Below the pieces are notes generated by a model that was given only the letters and a program-made list of their open reading frames with translations, did no database searches and was not told the origin of the DNA. From the IMG/VR virus record IMGVR_UViG_3300032257_000479, positions 64,001 to 128,000 of that record: 64,000 bases of DNA, one strand, 5' to 3'. Positions 37,098-46,743 of the stretch are shown here, in pieces. Both the position numbers and the translations under genes were made by a program. Numbering within the stretch: the stretch's first letter is position 1; each line of letters begins with the position of its first letter. The stretch is from a virus.

Positions 37098-38617
37098 ATT
37101 TTTTTTTTTGAATCAGAAGATGCTGCAACATCCACATCTAAAGCTGTTTGTGATTGACCATTAAGTCCAATCATGTCTTCTTCGAATGGGCTCATTTCAT
37201 CTACAGCCATATCATATGTCAACAATAAAAGTGGTTGGCCATATTTTTTTGACATGTTTTCAGCTATTTGAACTGCCTCATTCTTATCTTTTGCATCTAT
37301 CTTTTGCAGTTCTTTCCCTGAATTAAGATCCTGAACAACATAAATTATTTTAGGTTCAATATCATCTGATAATTGAGCTGTCTTTATTTGTTTTTTTGCT
37401 TTCGCCTCTTTCGCCCAATTAAAGGGTTCAGAAGTATCATTGAACTCTTTGAGCTTATCGGTATTGTTTGCTCTCATGTGTTGCATGCGCGCTTCTGTTG
37501 ATCTAAACTCTGGCAAGTAATTGCGACGACGTTCGCCTGGCTTCAATTGATAGTTGTTGGTTGGAGGCATCCATTTGTCTACCTCAAATCTCTTCTCAAT
37601 ATATCCGCCAACATATTCTCCGTCTGAGTTTCTGTATGGACGGCTATATTTGTCCATAACATTTCCTCTCCAGACAGCTTCGTAATCGATGAATAAGGAA
37701 TCATCCATCTTGATTCCCCAACCCTTGTTTCTTTCATAGATATGCCAGTCATTAATTAATTGACCAGTAAATGCGTCTACCCTATTCCCTTCAGGTCCAT
37801 GCATAATAACATTTTCCATGCCTTTGTGCTGAGCTTCTTTCTTTAGGTTAAAAGGCTTGCTAGATGCTTGCTTAGTCTTATTGTATTGAGCAAGACTTTT
37901 TGCTAATCTACGAAGAACCTCGTTTGATTCTGCAACAACATGTTCAACTCCAGTAATCATAGCTTCTCCTTTATCGCTTTGAGGCATAACTTCAAACATT
38001 TTCATAGCTAGCTCTGTTCTTTTTTGCTTATCGTCAATTCTCATCGCATCAAGGTACTCTTGAATGGAATCTTTAATTACCTGCTTTGGGTTTGGTCCAA
38101 CAACTCCATCGTCGCTTATGGTTGGATCATTGTCAACCATTTCTGTAAGCTCCATTATTGTTGAATCTATATTCTCTGAATCTAGTAAATTCTCTTCAAG
38201 ATAATTAAACAAATCAAATCCTGATTCAAAGTTCTGAGATTGCTGCTCTGCCATTGGGTCTACCATTGGGTCAGACATCGGTGCTGCAGGCGGCATCGGT
38301 TCTGCCATTGGGTCTTGCCCCATTGGATCAATCCCCATTTGGGCTTCTTTTAGTAAATTAAAATAAGGAACAGTAGAGGCTGCAGGCATAAGAGAGTTAG
38401 CCTCTTCTGTTGCGTCATGTATTGCATCATTAACATTAAACAATGCTCCCATTTGTTCTTTTCCTAATTGCATTTGAGCAAGCATTCTTGCTCTAAACTC
38501 CTCTTGTTCATGAGGAGTCATGCCCTCTGGCATTTGCCCCATAGAATTATCTACAATGCTATCTAAAGCATCTTCATTTTGTTGCAAATAATTTGTGGCA
38601 TTTGGAGGTAAGGACAT
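37094..38617 (-). CDS. hypothetical protein, candidate internal head protein
   Basis: 507 aa; three FN(L/W)xKEA motifs; DPM repeats. Confidence 0.8.
   Translation of the reverse strand: MSLPPNATNYLQQNEDALDSIVDNSMGQMPEGMTPHEQEEFRARMLAQMQLGKEQMGALFNVNDAIHDATEEANSLMPAASTVPYFNLLKEAQMGIDPMGQDPMAEPMPPAAPMSDPMVDPMAEQQSQNFESGFDLFNYLEENLLDSENIDSTIMELTEMVDNDPTISDDGVVGPNPKQVIKDSIQEYLDAMRIDDKQKRTELAMKMFEVMPQSDKGEAMITGVEHVVAESNEVLRRLAKSLAQYNKTKQASSKPFNLKKEAQHKGMENVIMHGPEGNRVDAFTGQLINDWHIYERNKGWGIKMDDSLFIDYEAVWRGNVMDKYSRPYRNSDGEYVGGYIEKRFEVDKWMPPTNNYQLKPGERRRNYLPEFRSTEARMQHMRANNTDKLKEFNDTSEPFNWAKEAKAKKQIKTAQLSDDIEPKIIYVVQDLNSGKELQKIDAKDKNEAVQIAENMSKKYGQPLLLLTYDMAVDEMSPFEEDMIGLNGQSQTALDVDVAASSDSKKKI
37099..37109 (-). 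other. slippery A11 run, candidate -1 frameshift site
   Basis: TCA AAA AAA AAA ATA TAA at the end of the 507-aa ORF. Confidence 0.55.
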
Positions 38618-39390
38618 TATTTTTCCTGCTGACCATTGAGAACATCGAACAATCTATCTGTTGCGTTCTGGTTTCTGTTTTTATATTCTGAATTCAATGC
38701 CGAATCAGATAAGCGATCAATCATGTCGCTTTGCTTATCCTGAACAGTTTCAGCTTTTTTTGCATGTCTCCATGAATCATCTTTGCTTGCAACTCTTCTT
38801 TCAATATTTTCGCCAACGCTATCTTCTATTCTTTCAAAATCAGAATTATCAAACATGCTAATTGCGTTTTGAGGTGTCCATTGACGACGATTGGCCTCTA
38901 TCGATCTTGACTCTAATTCCAAAGAACTCTTTCTGTCCATGAATTCAGATTCTGTTTCCCCAACGTGCATTTGTGATTCAGTCTTCCATTCTTGAGACTT
39001 TTGATCTCTAAGATCATTTGCTGTTTTCTTTTCAGCTATTGTTTGCTCTTTATTTGACTGACTCTCCGCCAATCTAGACAAAACTTCTGAATCAAAAATA
39101 CTATTCTTTCCAGCTACTCCAAAACCATTTTCGGAACCACCCTCGTTGGTTATTCCTTCTGTGGAGCATCTAGCAGATCGAATGCTATTTCCTTTTCTTC
39201 CCAAATCTACAACATCAGGAGTGTTGTGAGAAAGAGTTGGAGCTTTTGAAGCCTCAACCCAAGACCTATCTTTTTCTTTTACCACTGGTTGTTTCATTTC
39301 AGGCTGCCTGTCTTTTAAAGGCTCTTGCTTACTAGCAATAACATCAAAAACGCTTAGCGTATTCTCATTTGAGATTTTTTGAATTTTCAT
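38617..39390 (-). CDS. hypothetical protein
   Basis: 257 aa; internal repeats (NSIFD/ISMFD; DRSW/DDSW). Confidence 0.75.
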   Translation of the reverse strand: MKIQKISNENTLSVFDVIASKQEPLKDRQPEMKQPVVKEKDRSWVEASKAPTLSHNTPDVVDLGRKGNSIRSARCSTEGITNEGGSENGFGVAGKNSIFDSEVLSRLAESQSNKEQTIAEKKTANDLRDQKSQEWKTESQMHVGETESEFMDRKSSLELESRSIEANRRQWTPQNAISMFDNSDFERIEDSVGENIERRVASKDDSWRHAKKAETVQDKQSDMIDRLSDSALNSEYKNRNQNATDRLFDVLNGQQEK

Positions 39391-40106
39391 TTTGTCTCCC
39401 TTTGTTTTGCGAATTGTTCGAGTAAAGATTCCAACAATAAGCTTCTGCCTGATTCCTTAATAAAAGAATGTTGGCTCGCTGCAGCTATCTGCTGTCCGCC
39501 CATATCTGACTCATCTAGCATGTCAGCATAATCTCCTTCGATTTGCTGAGCGTTTGGATCTTCTGTTTGAGTTTCAAATTCAAGCTTCCAATAATCAATA
39601 ACTTTCTTGCCGCTCTTACCAGTATTTTGGTGAGGCTTAAGCGAAGTAAGAGTAAATCCATTTTTTGCAATAATCGGAGCAAAGACAGATTTTACTTGAG
39701 TTATAGGAACATTATCTTTAGCTGGAACAAGAAATTCTCCTGCCAGAATGTCTTCTGCAGGATTTTTATAACCTATACTTAAAGCTCTCTTTGCAACAAG
39801 TCTTGCTCTCTCTGGATCTACATCGACTTGTGCCAATGCGTCAATAAGCTCATTTCTCATAGCACCTATTTCACTATCATCCAAAGGGCCTTGATCGTTC
39901 ATTCCAGACATGTCTGGAACTTCAACATTTTCAGCCGGAGCATTCAGATTGTTCTGCAATTGCTCAAAATTGGATGCAGGACCACTAGATGCAGGATCGG
40001 TTGATGCAACTTCTTGCGAAACCTCACTTCCATCTAATCCTGTATTTTGATACATCAAACTTTGAGCCGTAGCTCTCCGTTTTCCGCTAGGTATAATAGA
40101 CATCAA
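39387..40106 (-). CDS. hypothetical protein
   Basis: 239 aa; GGAGG RBS. Confidence 0.75.
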   Translation of the reverse strand: MMSIIPSGKRRATAQSLMYQNTGLDGSEVSQEVASTDPASSGPASNFEQLQNNLNAPAENVEVPDMSGMNDQGPLDDSEIGAMRNELIDALAQVDVDPERARLVAKRALSIGYKNPAEDILAGEFLVPAKDNVPITQVKSVFAPIIAKNGFTLTSLKPHQNTGKSGKKVIDYWKLEFETQTEDPNAQQIEGDYADMLDESDMGGQQIAAASQHSFIKESGRSLLLESLLEQFAKQRETK

Positions 40107-40128
40107 TTAACCTCCAAGATTGTTATAA

Positions 40129-40872
40129 TTATTTATCCTGAGTAAGAGCATCTGCATAGCTCTCTGGGTGATAACGATGGAAGTATTCTTTTAATCTCTT
40201 CTTCTCTTGTGGCTTAAGGTTTGCAATTTTCTGAAGATTTGCCTTGCTGCTTGCGCTGCATTCCTTGTCTTCTTCGCATTCTTCTGAATCATCATCAGAA
40301 TCTTCGCTTGCTTCTTTGACTTCAGATTCAGTTGAAGCTGCTGCAACATCTGCTCCGCCTTCTTCTTGAGCTTCTTGCTTAGGCTCAAACCCATCAGGGA
40401 ACTTACCTGTGCTTACGCCGTCCTGATCATCGCCATCGCCTGCGTCTGAAGCGACTTTTACTTCGTCTTCAGTGTTGCATTCCACGGTTTTGTTCTCGCC
40501 ATCTTCTTCAGCTTCGCCGTTCTGATCTTTAGGAGATCCTTCTCCATGATGAACATCTGTTCTTACGCAGTCTTCATCAGAATCGTCGCATTCAGCAACA
40601 ACAATTTTATCTTCCGAAGAAGCTTCTTTGTCGTCTATGCAGCAATCTTCATCTTCTGTATGATCACAGTCTTTGTCATCGCTGCCCTTGTCTTTGCCTT
40701 TAATCTTATCTTTGATAAAATCAGGAAGTTTTTCCTGGGCAGGAGAAAGACCTTCTTCAGCAGTCTTAACGGATGCCGTCTTTACTTGCTGATTGCTTCC
40801 TGCGACCTTTTCGATCAGGTCTTGAAAGCTACCGTTGTTGCTTGTTGCAATCTTATTTGTGAAAAATTTCAT
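40129..40872 (-). CDS. acidic low-complexity scaffold-like protein
   Basis: 247 aa, Asp/Glu-rich; multiple KxA motifs; short structured C-terminal segment. Confidence 0.75.
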   Translation of the reverse strand: MKFFTNKIATSNNGSFQDLIEKVAGSNQQVKTASVKTAEEGLSPAQEKLPDFIKDKIKGKDKGSDDKDCDHTEDEDCCIDDKEASSEDKIVVAECDDSDEDCVRTDVHHGEGSPKDQNGEAEEDGENKTVECNTEDEVKVASDAGDGDDQDGVSTGKFPDGFEPKQEAQEEGGADVAAASTESEVKEASEDSDDDSEECEEDKECSASSKANLQKIANLKPQEKKRLKEYFHRYHPESYADALTQDK

Positions 40873-42440
40873 TTCTTTACTCCTCCATCAAGGACTTTAC
40901 TTAGGTTAAACTTTTTATTCGCTATCTTTTTTCCGGAAGAAACGTGAGCATACGATGCCCCAGCAATATCTCCGCTAAATGATTGATTATTAGTTCTCAA
41001 TTCTATCTCTTTCGACATTTCTTCATATATGGCCTGAATATCTATGGTTTTACCCATAGCTTTTAGTCCATTTAAATACTCTTCAACAGTTTGTTGCGGT
41101 TGTCCTTCATTATTCTGAGGATCCATCGCTATCTTGTCCATTTTATTGCCCTCAGAAGTCGAACCAGCATAGCTTTCATCTAAGGCTTGTTCATTCCTGT
41201 CTTGAACAAAGCTGTTGCCTTGCTGAACTGTTTGTTGAGACGATCTTGTATCGTTTAGCAAATGTTTGAACATCGCATCCAAAGATGCCTTATCTGTAGC
41301 TCTTCTTCTTATTTCGTTTATAATGGAAGGCGGATGAGCCTCAAGTGTTCCATTATAAGCTTGATTCTGCTCAGGCTGTTGCTGATATATCTCTCCGCTC
41401 ATGGGATCATTTGGTCCTGATATATTTGAAGGAGCCGTTACTGGCTGTTGACCTATACCCTGTCCAGACTGCTGTCCCCAAAAATCTCTTGAGTTTTGAG
41501 CTTTCTCTGCACCCTGCTGTTGCTGCTCATTTGCCCAATTTAGGCCTCTTTGTATAGCATTGCCTTTTTCCCCACCAGTTTCTCTGTTATTTATTTGTCC
41601 CGCGAAATTATTAACTGACGTAACTCCATTTGTTAATTGTTCGAAGGTTGATTGAGGTAAATTAGAATCTATTTGATTAGCAAAATCGTTTAAACCAGCC
41701 TTCTGAGCCATATTTATTAGATTTGCTTTTTCCTCAAAAGCGGTCCCAATCGCTTGAGTTAGCCTATTTATCGAGTTGTTCATTTCAACTTGACTGCCTG
41801 AATCTATAACTGCAGGATTCCATTTTTGCTTCAAAGCCTTACCTGGCTGAGACATGTCTTGCATCCTTCTTTTCCACCATTGAGCTTCTTTTACTAACTC
41901 TTCTCCAACGCTTGCTATTTTAACAGCAGACTGAGGGTCGCTTTCAAACAAAGAAGAGGCTAATGTGAATGTTTGTTCGCTAGCTTCTATTAGCTGATCA
42001 TAAGGACGCATGTTCATTTCGTCAATTGCTGCAAATATAGCATGCCCTCTTTCCATTCCGCTATCGATATGTGATTCAATAGTTTTAGCAAAGGCTATAT
42101 CAAAGTCCGATATTTTATCTTCTTTTGAGCTTGCATACTTATCCCAAGATGCATTTGATTTTCCTTGATTCGTATTGTTTATAGAATCAACATATTCATC
42201 ATGACAAGATTCCCAAACTTTTTGAGCTGGCATTTCTGGGTTGTTTGCCCTTTTTTGTCTATAGCAATTTCCCCAGCATCGAGAGTTTCGTATCCAATAG
42301 CCCTGAGATCCAACATATTGAGCTGTTTTTATATTAACAAGGTTTTTTGCAACTAAATCTAAAGAATCAGCAGTTCCACTGTTTCCTTTTGAGTCCAGCT
42401 TATTTGCTATTTTTGTAATATTTTTAATAATAGAATCCAT
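40869..42440 (-). CDS. hypothetical protein, candidate internal head protein
   Basis: 523 aa; KIANKLD..G....AD.LD, IKTAQ, VKEAQ, KKFNL motifs. Confidence 0.8.
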   Translation of the reverse strand: MDSIIKNITKIANKLDSKGNSGTADSLDLVAKNLVNIKTAQYVGSQGYWIRNSRCWGNCYRQKRANNPEMPAQKVWESCHDEYVDSINNTNQGKSNASWDKYASSKEDKISDFDIAFAKTIESHIDSGMERGHAIFAAIDEMNMRPYDQLIEASEQTFTLASSLFESDPQSAVKIASVGEELVKEAQWWKRRMQDMSQPGKALKQKWNPAVIDSGSQVEMNNSINRLTQAIGTAFEEKANLINMAQKAGLNDFANQIDSNLPQSTFEQLTNGVTSVNNFAGQINNRETGGEKGNAIQRGLNWANEQQQQGAEKAQNSRDFWGQQSGQGIGQQPVTAPSNISGPNDPMSGEIYQQQPEQNQAYNGTLEAHPPSIINEIRRRATDKASLDAMFKHLLNDTRSSQQTVQQGNSFVQDRNEQALDESYAGSTSEGNKMDKIAMDPQNNEGQPQQTVEEYLNGLKAMGKTIDIQAIYEEMSKEIELRTNNQSFSGDIAGASYAHVSSGKKIANKKFNLSKVLDGGVKK

Positions 42441-42451
42441 TTTTTACCTCG

Positions 42452-43375
42452 TTATATCCTAAATTTAGGTTCAAATTTATCGTCAAGAAGAGCAAACGCC
42501 TTTATGTTTTTCATAATAAAAGCCCTAATACCTCCCACTGTTCGGTCATAAGTTACAAGAATCTCATTACCCGTGCTATCTGCATGAAAGGTTCCATGAG
42601 GCTCAACTTCTCTTGCAACCTGCTTTCCATCCTTTGTTGTATACTCAATTCTCATTGGATTTCCCATAAACCCATTATCTATTTTCGGTTTAGCAAAATC
42701 TTCTATTGCATCAAAAACATTTTCAAATTCAGGGACTCCAATTTGCTCTTCTGCTGGAAATAAGTCTTGCTCCGGAATGATTGGTTCAGGTATATCTGAT
42801 GGCTGATCAACAATCTGTTGAGTCTCTTCTTCGAATTCTTGATCTACTAATGAGTTACCAATATCTTCTGGTCCAATGAGAGGTAGTGCTTCATACTTTG
42901 ATCTAGCGTCTTCTTTCTCAAATTCTTGTGGATCAGAAATATAATCAGTATCCATAAGTTGAGATTTCTTTATTTGTTGATTACCTTTTACTACTGCCGA
43001 TTTTATTTCTTTTTGAAAAACTAAACAAGTATCATTGTTGTCATCGGAAAGCTTTACTTTATCTCCGACTTTTATATTGTTTTCTTCAAAAAAACCAGCA
43101 TTTGCTTCTACTGCATATAAACAATGACCATTGCTTTTTACTGGTTTTTTATTCAAAGGAGATATCATATCTATGTTTTTAATAAGGCCATCAGAATTAA
43201 CAAAAGCTATATCTAGTGGTATTAAGGTATTTTCTCCCCAAAAACTTAATTGACGAGATCTAGAAAAAGTAAAAAGCATACCCTCGTTCTGTGGCATATT
43301 TTTTACAAACATAAGACCGCGAGCCTGCTTTGCAGGAGTGTCAGCTAATTGCACATATAATCTTGGTTCATTCAT
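42452..43375 (-). CDS. DUF192 domain plus C-terminal WYL-like domain
   Basis: ADT....RGLM......GMLF.F, NT.IPLDIAF, VE.NAG.....I.VGD; I.Y....G....REVEP......D......RAF....I. Confidence 0.8.
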   Translation of the reverse strand: MNEPRLYVQLADTPAKQARGLMFVKNMPQNEGMLFTFSRSRQLSFWGENTLIPLDIAFVNSDGLIKNIDMISPLNKKPVKSNGHCLYAVEANAGFFEENNIKVGDKVKLSDDNNDTCLVFQKEIKSAVVKGNQQIKKSQLMDTDYISDPQEFEKEDARSKYEALPLIGPEDIGNSLVDQEFEEETQQIVDQPSDIPEPIIPEQDLFPAEEQIGVPEFENVFDAIEDFAKPKIDNGFMGNPMRIEYTTKDGKQVAREVEPHGTFHADSTGNEILVTYDRTVGGIRAFIMKNIKAFALLDDKFEPKFRI

Positions 43376-43586
43376 TTTCTATTATCTTTAATTTCTCATA
43401 ATAATTATTGTCTTCTGATAAATGATCCATAGCTATCTCTCTCGCTATTTTCTCATCGTTAGTGTGTTCTAACTCTATCTTTATCCCTGCTTTTAACTTT
43501 TCTTTATCAAAATCAGATGGACTTAACTCATCAGCAATTCCGCCGTTCATTCTATCTTTATAATTTTGAGATTGTATTATTTTCAT
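43368..43586 (-). CDS. DUF5661-like small phage protein
   Basis: G..IE.EHT.D...A.EIA.DHL.E...YY.KL. Confidence 0.75.
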   Translation of the reverse strand: MKIIQSQNYKDRMNGGIADELSPSDFDKEKLKAGIKIELEHTNDEKIAREIAMDHLSEDNNYYEKLKIIENE

Positions 43587-43957
43587 TGCTTGTTGTATTT
43601 AAAACCTTTTCTATCTAAAGCATACTCAAAATAATCTGTATTATGCTTATCTACATTAACCGCTACGCCCCTGTTGCTGCTTTCTTCTAGGTTTATTTGA
43701 GCGCCATATCTTGATCCATAATTCTTAAGCCACTCTTCTATCTCTTTTGTATTTGACATTAACTCGTATTTTACCGTGTAAATATCTTCAACTTTAGGAA
43801 CTAACTTGTTTTTCCTTATATCAAAAAATGGAACTATTTTTCCACCCTCAAACTCCAGCATTTTATTATTGTCTGAATCATACCATAAAAGCTTATTATT
43901 CACCTTCTCTTTGATAGGTGTTTGCTTTTTTGATATATCAATAATATAGGTTGTCAC
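43583..43957 (-). CDS. hypothetical protein
   Basis: 124 aa; overlaps both neighbours. Confidence 0.7.
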   Translation of the reverse strand: MTTYIIDISKKQTPIKEKVNNKLLWYDSDNNKMLEFEGGKIVPFFDIRKNKLVPKVEDIYTVKYELMSNTKEIEEWLKNYGSRYGAQINLEESSNRGVAVNVDKHNTDYFEYALDRKGFKYNKQ

Positions 43958-44391
43958 TACGAGTCTCTTTGTCTTGTATACCAGTTTTTGCTTACTTTAA
44001 TGTTTTTTTGAGCTGTCTTTATTGAGCTTTTAGAAGATAAGGCAGAGGATGACGCAGACTTTTCAAAAGAAGATTTTTCTGTATTAAGAATTATCTCTTT
44101 TATAGCGTTTGCTCCTTTTGTTGTAACTTTCAAGTATTTCCCTTGAACCTCAACAAAACCTGAAGATTCCATCTTAGAAACTTCAGCTTGACTTAATTTT
44201 GGTGGTCTGCTAAATTTTCTATCTGATATTTTATTCTCCATATCAGACCACATACTATACAGCGTTTGAGCCGTTGGGTTATTTGATGAGCTAGGATTAA
44301 TCATTATCCTCATGTCACCAAGTTCTGGCATTGCGTCCATTAAAAAGTCTAATAACGATGTTTGTGCTTGCTTATTCATTATGAGTTCCAA
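43957..44391 (-). CDS. hypothetical protein with possible winged-helix domain
   Basis: V..ME..G.VE.....L.VT.KG...I; flanked by KQAQ and KTAQ..NWY motifs. Confidence 0.65.
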   Translation of the reverse strand: MELIMNKQAQTSLLDFLMDAMPELGDMRIMINPSSSNNPTAQTLYSMWSDMENKISDRKFSRPPKLSQAEVSKMESSGFVEVQGKYLKVTTKGANAIKEIILNTEKSSFEKSASSSALSSKSSIKTAQKNIKVSKNWYTRQRDS

Positions 44392-45110
44392 AGTAAGTCC
44401 CTGTGTGGGTATGGGTTTCCATCTTTATCATCGAATAGATATGGTTCATTTCTTATTTCTCTCCAGTAATAACCTTCATTTGGAGAATTGTCTTTAACAT
44501 TATCTAAACCCATTCTATAGCGACTTTGATCCATTTTATCCGATTGTCTACCTGATGTCTCTTCCGCCACATCACCCCATTCAAAAACTCTTTCTTCCAT
44601 AGGTAGATCAAGTCTTCCCCATGGACCTCCAAATCCTTTTGCGAACGTTCTTCTTTTTCGCTTGGAATGTTCTATGTATTTTTTCATGGTTGACATTATG
44701 TACATGTCTTTTCTTATTAAATGAATCAACCACTGCAAACCAAGATTAAAATCAACTATTTTTAACATAAACTTAGAAGAAAATTTTCCGCTATCAGAGT
44801 TCACGATGTTCTTTATTGCCTTCATTATAGGTAAAGGACATTTTGCATCAAGAGAAATGTCATAAAGACTTAAAACGGCATGCGAGAAAACTCTTTTCAC
44901 TTGTCTATCCGAGTCTCCTGCTACAGGATTTTGAAGATCAACCAAAAGGTCTTTGTATATTTTTTTGACCAATTTGTCATTTTTCTTTATTCTGCCATCC
45001 AGTAAATTGAACACTTCACTAAAAGAAGACCTCTCATTATGATAAATAAGCATTCCGTTTTCAAACGAAACGCCATTCATGGCCAATTCTTTTATAAGAA
45101 GATTAATCAA
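44379..45110 (-). CDS. hypothetical protein
   Basis: 243 aa ORF on the coding strand. Confidence 0.7.
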   Translation of the reverse strand: MINLLIKELAMNGVSFENGMLIYHNERSSFSEVFNLLDGRIKKNDKLVKKIYKDLLVDLQNPVAGDSDRQVKRVFSHAVLSLYDISLDAKCPLPIMKAIKNIVNSDSGKFSSKFMLKIVDFNLGLQWLIHLIRKDMYIMSTMKKYIEHSKRKRRTFAKGFGGPWGRLDLPMEERVFEWGDVAEETSGRQSDKMDQSRYRMGLDNVKDNSPNEGYYWREIRNEPYLFDDKDGNPYPHRDLLWNS

Positions 45111-45274
45111 TTCTTCTTCCTCTTCTTTTTATCTTTCTTTGGTTTTTCATTTGGATCATAAACAAGAGCTGCCGCAAAATCTCCGCCCTCAAGAAGGGAC
45201 CAATAGTTCGTCATCAAAGATTTATCTTTATCACTTAAACGAGACTCAACAGACTTGGATATTATACATTTCAT
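45107..45274 (-). CDS. 55-aa protein (unannotated)
   Basis: MKCIISKSVESRLSDKDKSLMTNYWSLLEGGDFAAALVYDPNEKPKKDKKKRKKN; fills the intergenic gap; similar to the C-terminus of 40129..40872. Confidence 0.7.
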   Translation of the reverse strand: MKCIISKSVESRLSDKDKSLMTNYWSLLEGGDFAAALVYDPNEKPKKDKKKRKKN

Positions 45275-45280
45275 GAATTA

Positions 45281-46162
45281 TCATTCAACCTCTATATTGT
45301 TATCAAAAACATCATTTATAATAATACCATTTTTTGCTGCTCGCTCCTTTGTTTGCTCGTTATCAACAAAACTTAGGTCTTCGCTTTTATCTGTTCCATC
45401 AATAAAAATGCTATCACTAGATTTTACAGCTTTCGGAGCGGAACCCTTTCTTACTGTAGATCCCTCTCCGGTTGGATCGTGGGCATACATGCCATCAGGG
45501 ACATCTGTGCTTGTTCCTTTTGGGATACTATGAGTTTTTTGCAAAGACCCCATATCACTTTCTTCTGGAGAAGAACCAACAGAAACGCTAATCTCTTCAG
45601 ACAATGCATCGCCATCTGATCTACCTATTTTCTTTATTTTTTTTGAAGACTTTTTTTTTGATATTCTTTTAGTTGAAGATTTTTTCTTAGCTGTTTTCTT
45701 TTTTGATACTCTTTTAGTTGAAGGCTTCTTCTTGGAAACTCTCTTTGTTTTCGGTTTCTCTGTTTCGACTATTTCAAAATCTTTTAGCTCCTCTACATCA
45801 ACCACCTCTATTGTAGACTCTTCGTCCTTAACCTCTTCTATATATCCAAGATCTAAAGCATTGTCTATTTCTGCTCCAAACAAATCATCTGAAACAAAAA
45901 AGGTTCCTCCTGAAGGTATGCTTCTTTTTATGCACTTAAATGAAAGAGAGTTTTTGTAATTGTTGATGTATTTTGAGCCAGTCGCCCTTATAGCTTCCGC
46001 TCCATCAACTGCTTCAAGATATCCTGCCTGAATTGCAGCTTGAGTTGCTGAATCCTCAAACTGCTCCAATGTTAACATTACTTTTGAACCTGATCTTATT
46101 GTTTTGTTTATTGCCCTAATAAACAGTTCACCTTTTGCTTTTTTTGTAACTTGAACTTTCAT
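45281..46162 (-). CDS. hypothetical protein with duplicated small domain and Lys-rich repeats
   Basis: KR(V/I)SKKK three times; two domains ending G(Y)(L/I)E.V. Confidence 0.75.
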   Translation of the reverse strand: MKVQVTKKAKGELFIRAINKTIRSGSKVMLTLEQFEDSATQAAIQAGYLEAVDGAEAIRATGSKYINNYKNSLSFKCIKRSIPSGGTFFVSDDLFGAEIDNALDLGYIEEVKDEESTIEVVDVEELKDFEIVETEKPKTKRVSKKKPSTKRVSKKKTAKKKSSTKRISKKKSSKKIKKIGRSDGDALSEEISVSVGSSPEESDMGSLQKTHSIPKGTSTDVPDGMYAHDPTGEGSTVRKGSAPKAVKSSDSIFIDGTDKSEDLSFVDNEQTKERAAKNGIIINDVFDNNIEVE

Positions 46163-46173
46163 CTATTCCCTTT

Positions 46174-46734
46174 CTATTGATTGTTTCTTATCCTATCGAA
46201 AATTCCTTTTCGAGTAGAATTATTGAACGGCTTATTCCTCTGAGTCATGTCCCCAGTCCCTGTTGGTCTATCCATGTTATTATCGTCCATCATGCGGCCA
46301 ACCGTTTCATGAATACCCATAGGACTGTCTCCTCCAGGCTCTTGATCGTCCATTAAAGCTTGTCCAAAGTCTGTATTTAAACCAGTTCCATATTCTGTTT
46401 CGCTATTATCTTTTCCCTTTTCTCTAAATGGATCATCTGGATCATGACCTGTGGGAGTCTTATTTCTTCTAGTGTTAGCATCTTCATCATTTGTTGCGGA
46501 TGGAATATCCGGAGCCTCTGCTGTCCACGATCTTCCGAATTCAGGTGCTGCTATATCAGGAGCTTGCCCAGGCATGCCTTGGCTACCAGGCGTAACGAGA
46601 TTATATCCCTCTCCATCTCCTGGATGTCTTGTTCTGTCATACGGATCTCCACGCATAACTTGCGGCTGAAAAGCCGTAGGAGCTTCCTCTCCCCTTTTTG
46701 CTTCTTTGTATAGTTTCAAATTAAAAGAACCCAT
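46174..46734 (-). CDS. low-complexity hypothetical protein
   Basis: 186 aa; leader MGSFNLKLYKEAK. Confidence 0.75.
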   Translation of the reverse strand: MGSFNLKLYKEAKRGEEAPTAFQPQVMRGDPYDRTRHPGDGEGYNLVTPGSQGMPGQAPDIAAPEFGRSWTAEAPDIPSATNDEDANTRRNKTPTGHDPDDPFREKGKDNSETEYGTGLNTDFGQALMDDQEPGGDSPMGIHETVGRMMDDNNMDRPTGTGDMTQRNKPFNNSTRKGIFDRIRNNQ

Positions 46735-46743
46735 AAGTAAACC

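Noticed and set aside
45651-45659. A9 run as a second frameshift site
   Set aside because: Lies within an uninterrupted ORF and is explained by Lys codons; no evidence of a useful alternative frame
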